Below the pieces are notes generated by a model. The model did no database searches and was not told where the DNA came from. It saw only the letters and a program-made list of their open reading frames with translations. Shown in pieces: positions 47,202 to 56,215 of a stretch of DNA of 64,000 nt. Both the position numbers and the translations under genes were made by a program. How positions within the stretch are numbered: the stretch's first letter is position 1; the number at the start of each line of letters is the position of its first letter. The stretch comes from an uncultured Candidatus Binatia bacterium (GTDB lineage: Bacteria; Desulfobacterota; Binatia; UBA9968; JAJDTQ01), in contig OZ251459.1 of NCBI GenBank assembly GCA_965242525.1, forward strand, positions 928,001-992,000, written 5' to 3'.

Positions 47202-48398
47202 CTACGCCGGCGCGCCCCGGTCGGGGCCGTCTTCCCACGTGCCCATGGCCTTTGCCAGGGCCCCGGGTTCCGGCAGGTCCTTCAGTTCGAAGAACGCCGC
47301 GGCGTTCCCGGAGAGCACCTGCTCCTTCCGGGCGAAGCTCAGGTCGCCGCCCGAGACCACGTCCCGGACGGAGTAGGGGAAGTGGCAGTCCCAGTGGCAG
47401 TAGTCCGAGGCGTAGAGCACGGTGGCTGGTCCCGACGCCTCCAGCACCCGGTCCAGTCCGGTCTCCTCGGACTCGCAGGACAGCACGACCTGGTCGCTCC
47501 GGATGATCTCGCTCGGCTTGCGCCCGAGTTCGGGCATCTGGGGCGCCAGCTTCTCCACGTGCTCGTCCAGACGCTCCATCCAGAAGGGCAGCCAACCGGC
47601 GCCGCCTTCCATGTATGCGACCTTGAGGCGGGGATGGCGGTCGAAAACGCCTTCCCCGATCATGTGCATCATGGCGATCATGAGCTCGAAGGGGAACGCG
47701 GTCATGTGCACATAGACGTACTTGTAGAAGCGCCGGCTTCCGGCGCCCATCACCCCCGACACTCCGGGGACCCCGTCGTGGCCGGTCTGGGGGTGGACGG
47801 ACAGCGGCATGCCCAGGTCCTGGGCCGCGGCGTAGATGGGGTCGAACACGGGGTCGCCCATGTTCCGGCCATAGACGTTGGTGGGCAGCATGGCGGTGGT
47901 TGCGCCGTGCTCGGCCAGGTAGCGGAGCTCCCGCACCGCCTCGGGCGGGTCCTGGCACGGGATGAGTCCCACCGCGCGGAGGCGCCGCGGGTCCGCGGAG
48001 CAGTATTCCAGCATCCATTCGTTGACCGCGTGGCAGATGGCCCCGGCGAGGCCCTTGTCCATGAGCCCGTTGACCGTCAGCGCGATCTGGGTGCCGAAGA
48101 TGACGGCCACGTCGATGCCTTCCAGGTCCATGTCCTCGAGGCGTTCCCCGGGGTCGGTCATGCCGGGGCGGCCCTTCCGCGCCTCCGCGGTCATGGGGCC
48201 CGACACCCCCGGACCCGGCCCCTCGTTGGCCGGCCAGATCCGGCCTTCCAGCAGCAGCCGGTTGCCGCCCCGGTTGTCCTTGAGCCGCACCGGCGCCAGC
48301 GCCTTGTACTTTTCGGGCAGCCAGGGCCTGAAGTCGATGTCGCCCTCGTTGACGTGGCCGTCGGCGTCTATCACGAGCGTGCGGGTGAAGTCGTCCAT
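47202..48398 (-). CDS. Amidohydrolase_2 family protein
   Basis: VIDADGH, HPRLKVAYMEGGAGW, YASDYCHWD. Confidence 0.9.
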   Translation of the reverse strand: MDDFTRTLVIDADGHVNEGDIDFRPWLPEKYKALAPVRLKDNRGGNRLLLEGRIWPANEGPGPGVSGPMTAEARKGRPGMTDPGERLEDMDLEGIDVAVIFGTQIALTVNGLMDKGLAGAICHAVNEWMLEYCSADPRRLRAVGLIPCQDPPEAVRELRYLAEHGATTAMLPTNVYGRNMGDPVFDPIYAAAQDLGMPLSVHPQTGHDGVPGVSGVMGAGSRRFYKYVYVHMTAFPFELMIAMMHMIGEGVFDRHPRLKVAYMEGGAGWLPFWMERLDEHVEKLAPQMPELGRKPSEIIRSDQVVLSCESEETGLDRVLEASGPATVLYASDYCHWDCHFPYSVRDVVSGGDLSFARKEQVLSGNAAAFFELKDLPEPGALAKAMGTWEDGPDRGAPA

Positions 48399-48530
48399 GA
48401 ACCGTGCTCCTTGTCGAGCGCCCCGGTCGTTACCGTTACTACTGCCGTCGTTTTTGTGTCAAGATGCCCGGCGGCCCGCGCCGCAAGCGGGAGGCGCGGG
48501 CCATCGGTTTGCGCAGGACCCTCCGTTCCC

Positions 48531-49559
48531 ATGGACATGGACACGAACCCTCCGGCCGTGCTCGAGGTCAAGGACCTGAGGACTTGGTTCTTCACCCGGT
48601 GGGGAACGGGCAAGGCGGTGGACGGGGTCTCGTTCACGTTGCGCGAGAGGGAATCGCTGGGGCTCCTGGGGGAGTCGGGCTGCGGCAAGAGCGTCACCAG
48701 CCTCTCCATCCTGCGGCTGGCGCCGAGACCCGCGGCGCGCATCGTCTCGGGCCAGGTGCTGTTCCAGGGCCGGGACCTGCTCCGGATCCCGGAGGAGGAG
48801 ATGCGCCGGGTCCGGGGCCGACAGATCGCCATGATCCTGCAGGACCCCCTGAGCACCCTGAACCCGGTCTTCTCCATCGGCAACCAAGTAGCGGAGCCCC
48901 TGCGCGTCCACCGGGCGGCGCCGCGTTCCGGCATCCGGGATCGGGTGGCGCAACTTCTGAGGCTCGTGCGCATACCCGCGCCGGAAACCCGCATGAAAGA
49001 CTATCCGCACCAGTTCAGCGGCGGCATGCGCCAGCGGGTGGTGGGCGCCGCGGCCATCTCGGCCGGGCCCAAGGTGCTGATCGCGGATGAGCCCACCACC
49101 TCCCTGGACGTCACCATCCAGTCCCAGTACCTGCGGTTGCTGAAGGAGCTGCAAAGGGAGTCGGGCCTGTCCATACTCTACATCACCCACGACCTGGGCG
49201 CCTTGGCCCGCATGTGCGACCGGGTGGCGGTGATGTACGCCGGCAAGATCGTGGAAGAGCTGACCGTGGAGGCGCTCTTCCACAGCCCCATGCACCCCTA
49301 CACCGAAGCGCTGTTGCAGTCCGTCCCGCGCATGGACCAGAAGGTCCATCGCTTCCCGTCCATCGAGGGAAGCCCGCCGGTGGTGTACGACCTGCCTCCC
49401 GGTTGCGCGTTTGCGCCGCGCTGTCCCAGGGCAAGGGACATCTGCCGGCAGGAGTTCCCGCCGGTGACCCGGCTGGACCCGGAGCACCGCGTGGCCTGTT
49501 GGCTGCACGTGGAGGACCGCCATGAGTCCGCCCCTGCTGGAAGTCCGGCGCGTCCGTAA
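48531..49559 (+). CDS. Peptide/nickel ABC transporter ATP-binding protein (DppD/OppD-like)
   Basis: GESGCGKS, YPHQFSGGMRQR, IADEPTT, HPYT, GC.FAPRC. Confidence 0.92.
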   Translation: MDMDTNPPAVLEVKDLRTWFFTRWGTGKAVDGVSFTLRERESLGLLGESGCGKSVTSLSILRLAPRPAARIVSGQVLFQGRDLLRIPEEEMRRVRGRQIAMILQDPLSTLNPVFSIGNQVAEPLRVHRAAPRSGIRDRVAQLLRLVRIPAPETRMKDYPHQFSGGMRQRVVGAAAISAGPKVLIADEPTTSLDVTIQSQYLRLLKELQRESGLSILYITHDLGALARMCDRVAVMYAGKIVEELTVEALFHSPMHPYTEALLQSVPRMDQKVHRFPSIEGSPPVVYDLPPGCAFAPRCPRARDICRQEFPPVTRLDPEHRVACWLHVEDRHESAPAGSPARP

Positions 49560-50490
49560 GTACTTCCCCGTGACCAGGGGGCTGGTCCTGGCCGGGAACG
49601 TGGGCCGGGTCCACGCGGTGGATGACGTGAGCTTCCACATCGACCGCGGCGAGACCTTGGGCCTGGTGGGCGAGTCGGGCTGCGGCAAGAGCACCACCGC
49701 TAGGCTCGTGCTGTTGCTGGAGCGGCCCACCGACGGCGAGATCCTCTACCAGGGGGTCAGCCTGCAACGGATGTCGCGCAGCGGCCTGCGGCATTACCGG
49801 AACACGGTGCAGGCGGTGTTCCAGGACCCCCAGAGCTCGCTCAACCCCAGGATGCGGGTGGGCGACATCGTGGGCGAGCCGCTGGAAGTGAGCCGGAGAC
49901 TGCCCCGGGACTCGGTGCGCGAGAGGGTTGCGGAGGTGCTGGAAGAGGTGAACCTGGACGCGGCCTTCGCCCGGCTCTACCCCCACGAGTTCAGCGGCGG
50001 ACAGCGGCAGCGCATCGCCCTGGCCCGGGCCCTGGCCACCCATTCCCGCTTGATCGTGCTGGACGAGCCGGTAGCGTCGCTCGACGCCTCCATCCGAAGC
50101 CAGATCATCAACCTGCTGAAGGATCTTCAGGAGCAGCACGGCCTCAGCTACCTGCTCATCACCCACGACTTGGCGGTGTCCCGTCACCTGAGCCACCGGG
50201 TGGCGGTCATGTACCTGGGCCGGATCGTCGAGGAGGGGGAGGCGGACGCGCTCTACGCCGAGCCCTTGCACCCGTACACCAGGGCGCTCCTGTCCGCGGC
50301 CCTGCCGGTCCGCGGCGCCGGGCCCCCGGACGAGGCGGAGGTGGCCGGCGAGGTCCCCGACCCCATGAACCCTCCCTCGGGCTGCCGTTTCCATCCACGC
50401 TGTCCCTGGGCCGTGCAGCGGTGCGCCGAAGCAGAGCCGGAGCTCCGGGAGTTGGCGCCGGGTCGGAAGGCGGCGTGCCACTTCGTGTAA
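49522..50490 (+). CDS. Peptide/nickel ABC transporter ATP-binding protein (DppF/OppF-like)
   Basis: GESGCGKST, YPHEFSGGQRQR, LDEPV, PPSGCRFHPRC. Confidence 0.92.
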   Translation: MSPPLLEVRRVRKYFPVTRGLVLAGNVGRVHAVDDVSFHIDRGETLGLVGESGCGKSTTARLVLLLERPTDGEILYQGVSLQRMSRSGLRHYRNTVQAVFQDPQSSLNPRMRVGDIVGEPLEVSRRLPRDSVRERVAEVLEEVNLDAAFARLYPHEFSGGQRQRIALARALATHSRLIVLDEPVASLDASIRSQIINLLKDLQEQHGLSYLLITHDLAVSRHLSHRVAVMYLGRIVEEGEADALYAEPLHPYTRALLSAALPVRGAGPPDEAEVAGEVPDPMNPPSGCRFHPRCPWAVQRCAEAEPELRELAPGRKAACHFV

Positions 50491-50556
50491 GGACGAGGAA
50501 TCGGGAACCCCGAATCGGGAAACGTCCCTCGGACGGGGGACCAGCGGGTCCTCATC

Positions 50557-50615
50557 CCCGTTCGTCCCGAGCGTAGCGAAGCGAAGTCGAAGGACGCGCC
50601 CATGCCCCCTGTCCG
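50557..50615 (-). repeat. REP-like element between convergent genes
   Basis: Nearly identical to 3119-3177. Confidence 0.75.
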
Positions 50616-50632
50616 ATGGACGGGAGGTTCCC

Positions 50633-51349
50633 TCAGTGGTCCCGCAGCAGGCGGCCGTAGCCGTTGATGCGGTCGTTCACGCCGGAGCGGCGCAGGGTCT
50701 CCCACACGATGGCCTGTATGGCTGTGACCACGTTGACGCCGAGCTCCTGCTCCAGCGGCTCGATGATCTCGATGACGCCCCAGTGGGGGGCGGGGACGTA
50801 GAGGGTGTCGGCGTCGGGATGCTCCCGGTAGAGGGCCTCCGCGATCCCCTTCACCGTGTCCTGCGAGACGGTCGCCAAGTCCGCCACGGCCTTGCCGGCG
50901 CCCTTGAACCCCAGCAGCTCGAAGCCGTAGTGGGTCACGTATTCCGCGTGGAACCCCTCGGGGTCGGAGAAGGGGTGGACGAGTATGAGCTTTCCGGCTC
51001 CCAGGGCCCTCAGCGCGTTCACCTGCGCGGTGATGCTGGAGGTGACCGGAACGCCGATCTCGTCCTCGGTCTTGCGCATGGTTTCCTCGAGTCCGTCGTA
51101 GCCCAGCGACAGGTTCAGCGGAACGCCTCCGAACACCACGATATCGACCTTGGCTCGCCCCATCTCGCGGGCGGCCTCCAGCGTCATTTCGACGCTCCGG
51201 GCCACCTCCTTCTCGGTGAGCTGCCTGATCGCAAGGGTGGTGAGGACCAGCGTCACTCCTTCCGGGACCATCTTGTAGAACTCGTAGGGAAAGGTCTCCG
51301 TCAGGTAGGGCGGGGACGTATAGCCGATCCGGGCGCGGTAACCGTACAT
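50633..51349 (-). CDS. Asp/Glu racemase-fold (maleate isomerase/AMDase-like) protein lacking catalytic Cys
   Basis: MYGYRARIG, PEGVT, ALRALGA, HPDAD, IEPLEQELGV.VVT..QA.VW, GYGRLL. Confidence 0.75.
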   Translation of the reverse strand: MYGYRARIGYTSPPYLTETFPYEFYKMVPEGVTLVLTTLAIRQLTEKEVARSVEMTLEAAREMGRAKVDIVVFGGVPLNLSLGYDGLEETMRKTEDEIGVPVTSSITAQVNALRALGAGKLILVHPFSDPEGFHAEYVTHYGFELLGFKGAGKAVADLATVSQDTVKGIAEALYREHPDADTLYVPAPHWGVIEIIEPLEQELGVNVVTAIQAIVWETLRRSGVNDRINGYGRLLRDH

Positions 51350-51414
51350 GTCGCAGCCTCCTCATGCGTGGCCGGCCGGCCACGGTTGTCGGACAAGCGA
51401 ATCGAGCGCCTCCC

Positions 51415-52308
51415 TCACGTGAGGTTCCTGGTCCTGGGGTCCAGGTAGTCCCGCAGCCAGTCACCCAGCAGGTTGATGGAGAGCACCACCAGGACCAGGG
51501 CCAAGCCGGGGAAGAACGACAGCCACCAAGCGGTGGTGACGTGGGAGCGTCCGTCCGCGATCATGGCGCCCCAGGAAGGGGTGGGCGGGGGGATCCCGGC
51601 CCCGAGGAAGCTCAACGAAGCCTCCACGATGATGACCCAACCCACCTGCAACGTGGCCAGCACCACCAGGGGGTTGACGATGTTGGGAAGAATGTGCCGC
51701 CGGAGTATGCGGAACGAGGAGCACCCGGCCACCCGGGCCAGGGCCACGAACTCGCGCTCCTTCCAGGCAAGCGCCTCGCCACGCACCAGACGGGCGAACC
51801 TCGCCCACAGGACCAGGCCCAGGACCAGGACGAGGTTCCCGAAGCTCGGGCCGAAGACCACCGCGAAGAGCAGCGCGATCAGTATGATGGGCAGCGACAG
51901 CATGGCGTCGGTGGCGCGCATGATGAGGGTATCGGTCCAGCGACCGTAATAGCCGGAGACGAGACCCAGGAGGGTGCCGATGACGCCTCCCACGGCCACG
52001 GCCGCAAGGCCCGCGGCAATGGAGACACGGGCGCCGTGGATGATCCGGCTGGCGATGTCCCGGCCCAGCCGGTCCGTGCCCAGGGGGTGGGCCAGGGAGC
52101 CGCCGTCCTGCCAGAACGGCGGCAACAGCCGGGACCGGAGGGAGATGGCGTTGGGCGGGTAAGGCGCCGCCAAGTCGGCCAGCGCTCCCAGGCCGCCGAA
52201 GGTCACGAGGACCAGCAGGGGGAACATCGGGAGCTTGCCGCGGGTACGGGCGCGCGAGGCTTCCGCAGGCGCGCCGGCAACGGGTCCCGGAAACACGATG
52301 CTACGCAT
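51415..52308 (-). CDS. Peptide ABC transporter permease (DppC/OppC-like)
   Basis: HPLGTDRLGRD, EAA-like motif EFVALARVAG, RHILPN, EASLSFLG. Confidence 0.92.
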   Translation of the reverse strand: MRSIVFPGPVAGAPAEASRARTRGKLPMFPLLVLVTFGGLGALADLAAPYPPNAISLRSRLLPPFWQDGGSLAHPLGTDRLGRDIASRIIHGARVSIAAGLAAVAVGGVIGTLLGLVSGYYGRWTDTLIMRATDAMLSLPIILIALLFAVVFGPSFGNLVLVLGLVLWARFARLVRGEALAWKEREFVALARVAGCSSFRILRRHILPNIVNPLVVLATLQVGWVIIVEASLSFLGAGIPPPTPSWGAMIADGRSHVTTAWWLSFFPGLALVLVVLSINLLGDWLRDYLDPRTRNLT

Positions 52309-53224
52309 GGCGAATGCGGGGGTCGATGTAGGCGTAGAGGACGTCCACCAGCAGGTTGGCCGCCAGTATGACGGTGGACACCAGCAGCACCACCCCCTGG
52401 ATCACCGGATAGTCGCGCCACTGGACCGCCTCGAAGGCCAGCCGTCCGATGCCCGGCCAAGCGAACACGGTCTCCACCACCACGCTTCCCGCCATCAGTA
52501 TGCCGAAGTAGAAGCCCACGAAGGTCACCACCGGGATCAGCGCGTTCCGGAAGGCATGCTTCCAGGTCACCACGGGCTCGGCCAGCCCCTTGAGGCGCGC
52601 GAACTTGACGTACTCGCTGTCCAGCACGTCCAGCATGGATCCCCGCAGGAGCCGCACCACCCCCGCCAGCATGAAGCCGAAGAGGCCCAGGGTCACCGCG
52701 GGCAGGACGTAGGACGCAAGACCTTCCTTGCGGCCTGCGGGCAGGAGGTCCAGGTTCACGGCGAACACGGAGATCAGCACGATGCCGGCCCAGAACGTGG
52801 GCACGGACTGGCCCAAGAGGGCCGCGGTGCGCGCCCCCACGTCCCAGATCCCGCCCTTTCGGGTCGCTGCGACCACCCCCAGGGGCAGGGCCAGCAGCAG
52901 GGCCATGCCGGTGGAGAGGCACACCAGCTTGAGGGTGTTGGGGAGCCGCTGGCCGATGAGCCGGGCCACCGGCTTCCGGGTCCGTATGGACGTGCCCAGG
53001 TCCGCGGCCAACAGGCTCCGGACGAACCGGGCGTACTGGACGTACACGGGCCGGTCGAGTCCGAGCTCCCGGCTCATCTCGTTGCGGAGGTCGGCCGAAG
53101 CGTCGATGGGCAACATCACGTCCAGGGGGTTTCCCGTGAGCCGCGCCAGCGCGAACACCAGAAGGCTGATCACCAGGAGTGTGACGAGGCACTGGACCAG
53201 CCTGCCGGCAATGTAACACCGCAT
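52301..53224 (-). CDS. Peptide ABC transporter permease (DppB/OppB-like)
   Basis: LGLDRP...QY, DLGTS, YVKFARLKG, HAFRNA, ETVFAWPGIG, DPRIR. Confidence 0.92.
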   Translation of the reverse strand: MRCYIAGRLVQCLVTLLVISLLVFALARLTGNPLDVMLPIDASADLRNEMSRELGLDRPVYVQYARFVRSLLAADLGTSIRTRKPVARLIGQRLPNTLKLVCLSTGMALLLALPLGVVAATRKGGIWDVGARTAALLGQSVPTFWAGIVLISVFAVNLDLLPAGRKEGLASYVLPAVTLGLFGFMLAGVVRLLRGSMLDVLDSEYVKFARLKGLAEPVVTWKHAFRNALIPVVTFVGFYFGILMAGSVVVETVFAWPGIGRLAFEAVQWRDYPVIQGVVLLVSTVILAANLLVDVLYAYIDPRIRHA

Positions 53225-53251
53225 GGAACGCCCGCGGGTGGGTGCGCGCGG

Positions 53252-54865
53252 CTACCTGGCTGGAACCGCGGTGACCAGGCTCGGCTCGATGTATCCCCTG
53301 TGCGGCCGCAACCGGATGTCGGCCACCCGGTTCCCATAAGCCCAGAGGATCCCCTTCACGTCGGCGATGGGCACGCCCCGGTAGTCTCGGTGGAGCACCT
53401 CGTAGGCCTTTGCCACCTGGGCGGCGATGCCGTCGATGGAGGCTTCCCCCGCAGCCGCTTTGGCGATTTCGTCCACGTTGTCCGCCAGCTTGATGATCTT
53501 GCCGCTCAAGCTCCACCATATGCGCAGGTCGTCGGAGCCGTTGAGGCGCCCGGTGGTGGCGAAGGTCCCGGCTTGGCCGATGATCCGGGGAGACTGGGGC
53601 GTAGCGATGTAGAGCGGACGGAACGCGCCGATGTCGGTGGGCACGATGCTCGTCTTCACGCCCACGGCCTCCCAGAACCCGGCCACCACCTCGGCCAGTT
53701 GCCGGTACTGGGTGAAGCCTCCGGTGGGCAGCGCGAACAGCTCGATGGAGAAGCCGTTGGGGTAACCGGCCTCGGCCAGCAGCTTCCGGGCTTGCGCCGG
53801 GTCGTACGGGTACGGCTCCAGGTCCGCGGGGAACCCGATGGAGATCGGAGACACGGGGAACACGGCCGCGGGCCTGGCCTTGCCGTGGAACAGGGTCTGC
53901 ACGATCTCCTCCCTGTCGATGGCCAAGTTCAACGCCCGGCGCACCCGGAGGTCCCCGGTGGGACCCGCTTCCTTGCGATAGGTGCCGTAGAGGTGGATGC
54001 GCACGGATGTGGGTTGGGGGTCCTCGGCGATCTCGAACCCCGCCTCGGTCATCTCCGGCACCTCGTCCAGGGAGACCCGCGTCACGTCCACTTGGCCGGT
54101 CTTCAACATGGCCACGCGGGTGGAGACCTCGGGCACCAGCAGGACCCTCAGGCGGTCGAACCGGGGCGACCCGCGCCAGTGGTCTTCGACGGCCTCGAAC
54201 TCGATGAAGTTGCCCACCTCGTGCTCCACGAACTTCCAGGCCCCGGAGCCCACGGGCTTCTGCGCGAACCCGTCCCAACCCGCCTTCTCGATGTAGGCTT
54301 TGGGCAGCACGATGCCCTCGATGCCGGGCTGGTTGGACACGTCGTAGGGGAAGGTCGGCCACGGGCGCGCGGTGACGACCTCGATCGTATGGCGGTCCAT
54401 GACCCGGACCTCCCGGATGCCCTTGCGGAACTGCCGCACCCGCGAGCTCTTGGCCTCGGGCCGGCGGAAGCCCTCCATGAGCGTGAACTGCGCGTCCTCC
54501 GCGGTCATCTCGCTGCCGTCGTGGAACTTGACCCCCGGCCTCAGCCGGAAGGTCCACGAAAGCCCGTCCGCAGCCGGCTCCCAGCTCAGGGCCAGACCCG
54601 GAGTGAGCTTGCCGTTGGCGTCCACCTCGGTGAGCCAGTCCCACAGGGGGCCCACGAGCCCCAGGGACGCGCTGATGGACGTGCGCGTGGGGTCCATGGA
54701 CTCCTCGCCGAAGTTGCCGGCGGCGTACCGCAGGGTGCTTTCGGCCGCATGGGCCCGCGGCCCCGCCAGCCAGGAGCCGGACGACGATTGCCATGACGCC
54801 GCCAGCAAGGCCAGCGGAAGAGCCGGAACCAGGAGTCGAAAGAGCCTCCTCGAAGCGTGCAACAT
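53252..54865 (-). CDS. Peptide/nickel ABC transporter substrate-binding protein (family 5)
   Basis: Signal peptide; PGLALSW, WTFRLRPGVKFHDG, PVGSGAWKF, VRRALNLAIDR, YDPAQARKLLAEAG. Confidence 0.9.
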   Translation of the reverse strand: MLHASRRLFRLLVPALPLALLAASWQSSSGSWLAGPRAHAAESTLRYAAGNFGEESMDPTRTSISASLGLVGPLWDWLTEVDANGKLTPGLALSWEPAADGLSWTFRLRPGVKFHDGSEMTAEDAQFTLMEGFRRPEAKSSRVRQFRKGIREVRVMDRHTIEVVTARPWPTFPYDVSNQPGIEGIVLPKAYIEKAGWDGFAQKPVGSGAWKFVEHEVGNFIEFEAVEDHWRGSPRFDRLRVLLVPEVSTRVAMLKTGQVDVTRVSLDEVPEMTEAGFEIAEDPQPTSVRIHLYGTYRKEAGPTGDLRVRRALNLAIDREEIVQTLFHGKARPAAVFPVSPISIGFPADLEPYPYDPAQARKLLAEAGYPNGFSIELFALPTGGFTQYRQLAEVVAGFWEAVGVKTSIVPTDIGAFRPLYIATPQSPRIIGQAGTFATTGRLNGSDDLRIWWSLSGKIIKLADNVDEIAKAAAGEASIDGIAAQVAKAYEVLHRDYRGVPIADVKGILWAYGNRVADIRLRPHRGYIEPSLVTAVPAR

Positions 54866-54974
54866 GGGTAGTCCCTCCCTGTACGGAGAGTTCGGACGAA
54901 CGGCCGCGTACAGCCGCGTCTTCTCGCCCAAGCTCGATACGCCGGCACTCTACTCCCGATGAAGTCGCCGGTGC

Positions 54975-55155
54975 AACCTCCACGACGTCAACGCACGCGA
55001 CACCCTGGCGCTGGAGGCCGGCGCCTTCTATGTCATGGACCGGGCCTACCTGGATTTCCATCGCCTGCATGAGTTCACCGAAGCCCTGTCGTTCTCCATC
55101 GTCCGTGCCAAGTCCAAGCTCCAGTTCCGCCGCCTTTATGGGCGGCCTGTTCCGA
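54975..55155 (+). mobile_element. IS4-family transposase remnant (internal fragment of about 60 codons)
   Basis: NLHDVNARDTLALEAGAFYVMDRAYLDFHRL...VRAKSKLQFRRLYGRPV matches the HD...DRGY region of IS4 DDE transposases; no ends or full ORF. Confidence 0.75.
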
Positions 55156-55333
55156 CTGGTCGGAGTTCGTGCCGGCCATGCGCGACAAGGTGGTGGGCTT
55201 CGAGGTCGTGGACGAGGAGGAGTGGCAGCAGCGCCTGAACGCGATGCTGGCGGCGTAGCCTGGCGTCAGGAGGTCGGCCTGCCTCTAAGCGTCTTCGAGG
55301 CGCCAACGGACGGAGTTCGGTCTGCCTGTGGCT

Positions 55334-56215
55334 TCAGCCCCCCTCCCGTTCCGGACCCTGCAGGTTGGCCAGGATCTTCCGGGTGGAGAGGGAGCGGTTG
55401 AGGGTATAGAAGTGGATGCCCGGGGCGCCGCCCCGGAGCAGGGCCTGGCACTGCCGCGTGGCGTGTTCGATGCCGACCTCCACCACCGCCTCGGGGTCGT
55501 CGGCCGCGGCTTCGAGCTTCGCCAGCAGCGCCCCGGGGATGGCGGCGCCGCACATCCGGGTGAAGCGCTTGACCTGGGCGATGTTCGTCACCGGCATCAC
55601 CCCGGGGATGATGGGCGCGCGGATCCGCTCCTTGCGCGCGCGCGCCACGAAATCGAAGTAGTCGCGCTCGTCGAAGAAGAGCTGGGTGACCACGAAGTCG
55701 CAGCCCGCCTCGACCTTTCGCCTGAGGTTGCGCAGGTCTTCCTCCCGGCTGGGGGCCTCCGGGTGCACTTCGGGATAACCCGCTCCGCCGATGCAGAAGT
55801 CCTTCCTCCGTCGGATGAACGCGACTAGTTGGTCGGCGTGGGAGAAACCTTCGGCATGGGGGACGAAGGCTTCGTCTCCCCGGGGCGGGTCGCCTCGCAG
55901 GGCCATGACGTTCTCGATGCCGGCGTCCTCGTATTCGTCCAGGAGTTCGCGGAGCTCGTCCCGGCCGTGTCCCACGCAGGTGATGTGGGCCATGGCTTCG
56001 ATGCCGGTCTCCCGCTTGATCCTCCGGGTGATGGCGACGGTGTTCTTCCTGGTGCTGCCGCCCGCCCCGTAGGTCACCGACACGAAGGCCGGGTCCAGCT
56101 CCTTCAGGCGGGACACGGTGTCGAACAGGGCCTCGACGCCGGGGGCGTCCCTGGGCGGGAAGAACTCGAAGGAGAACAGCGGACGGGCGTCGCCGAACCG
56201 TTCCCGGATCTTCAT
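55334..56215 (-). CDS. metF: 5,10-methylenetetrahydrofolate reductase
   Basis: SFEFFPP, SVTYGAGG, AHITC, ALRGD, GYPEVHPEA, TQLFF, HFYTLN. Confidence 0.95.
   Translation of the reverse strand: MKIRERFGDARPLFSFEFFPPRDAPGVEALFDTVSRLKELDPAFVSVTYGAGGSTRKNTVAITRRIKRETGIEAMAHITCVGHGRDELRELLDEYEDAGIENVMALRGDPPRGDEAFVPHAEGFSHADQLVAFIRRRKDFCIGGAGYPEVHPEAPSREEDLRNLRRKVEAGCDFVVTQLFFDERDYFDFVARARKERIRAPIIPGVMPVTNIAQVKRFTRMCGAAIPGALLAKLEAAADDPEAVVEVGIEHATRQCQALLRGGAPGIHFYTLNRSLSTRKILANLQGPEREGG

Noticed and set aside
54900-55330. Active IS element or novel small genes
   Set aside because: Only about 60 codons resemble an IS4 transposase; no terminal inverted repeats or complete DDE domain, and the other short ORFs lack support.
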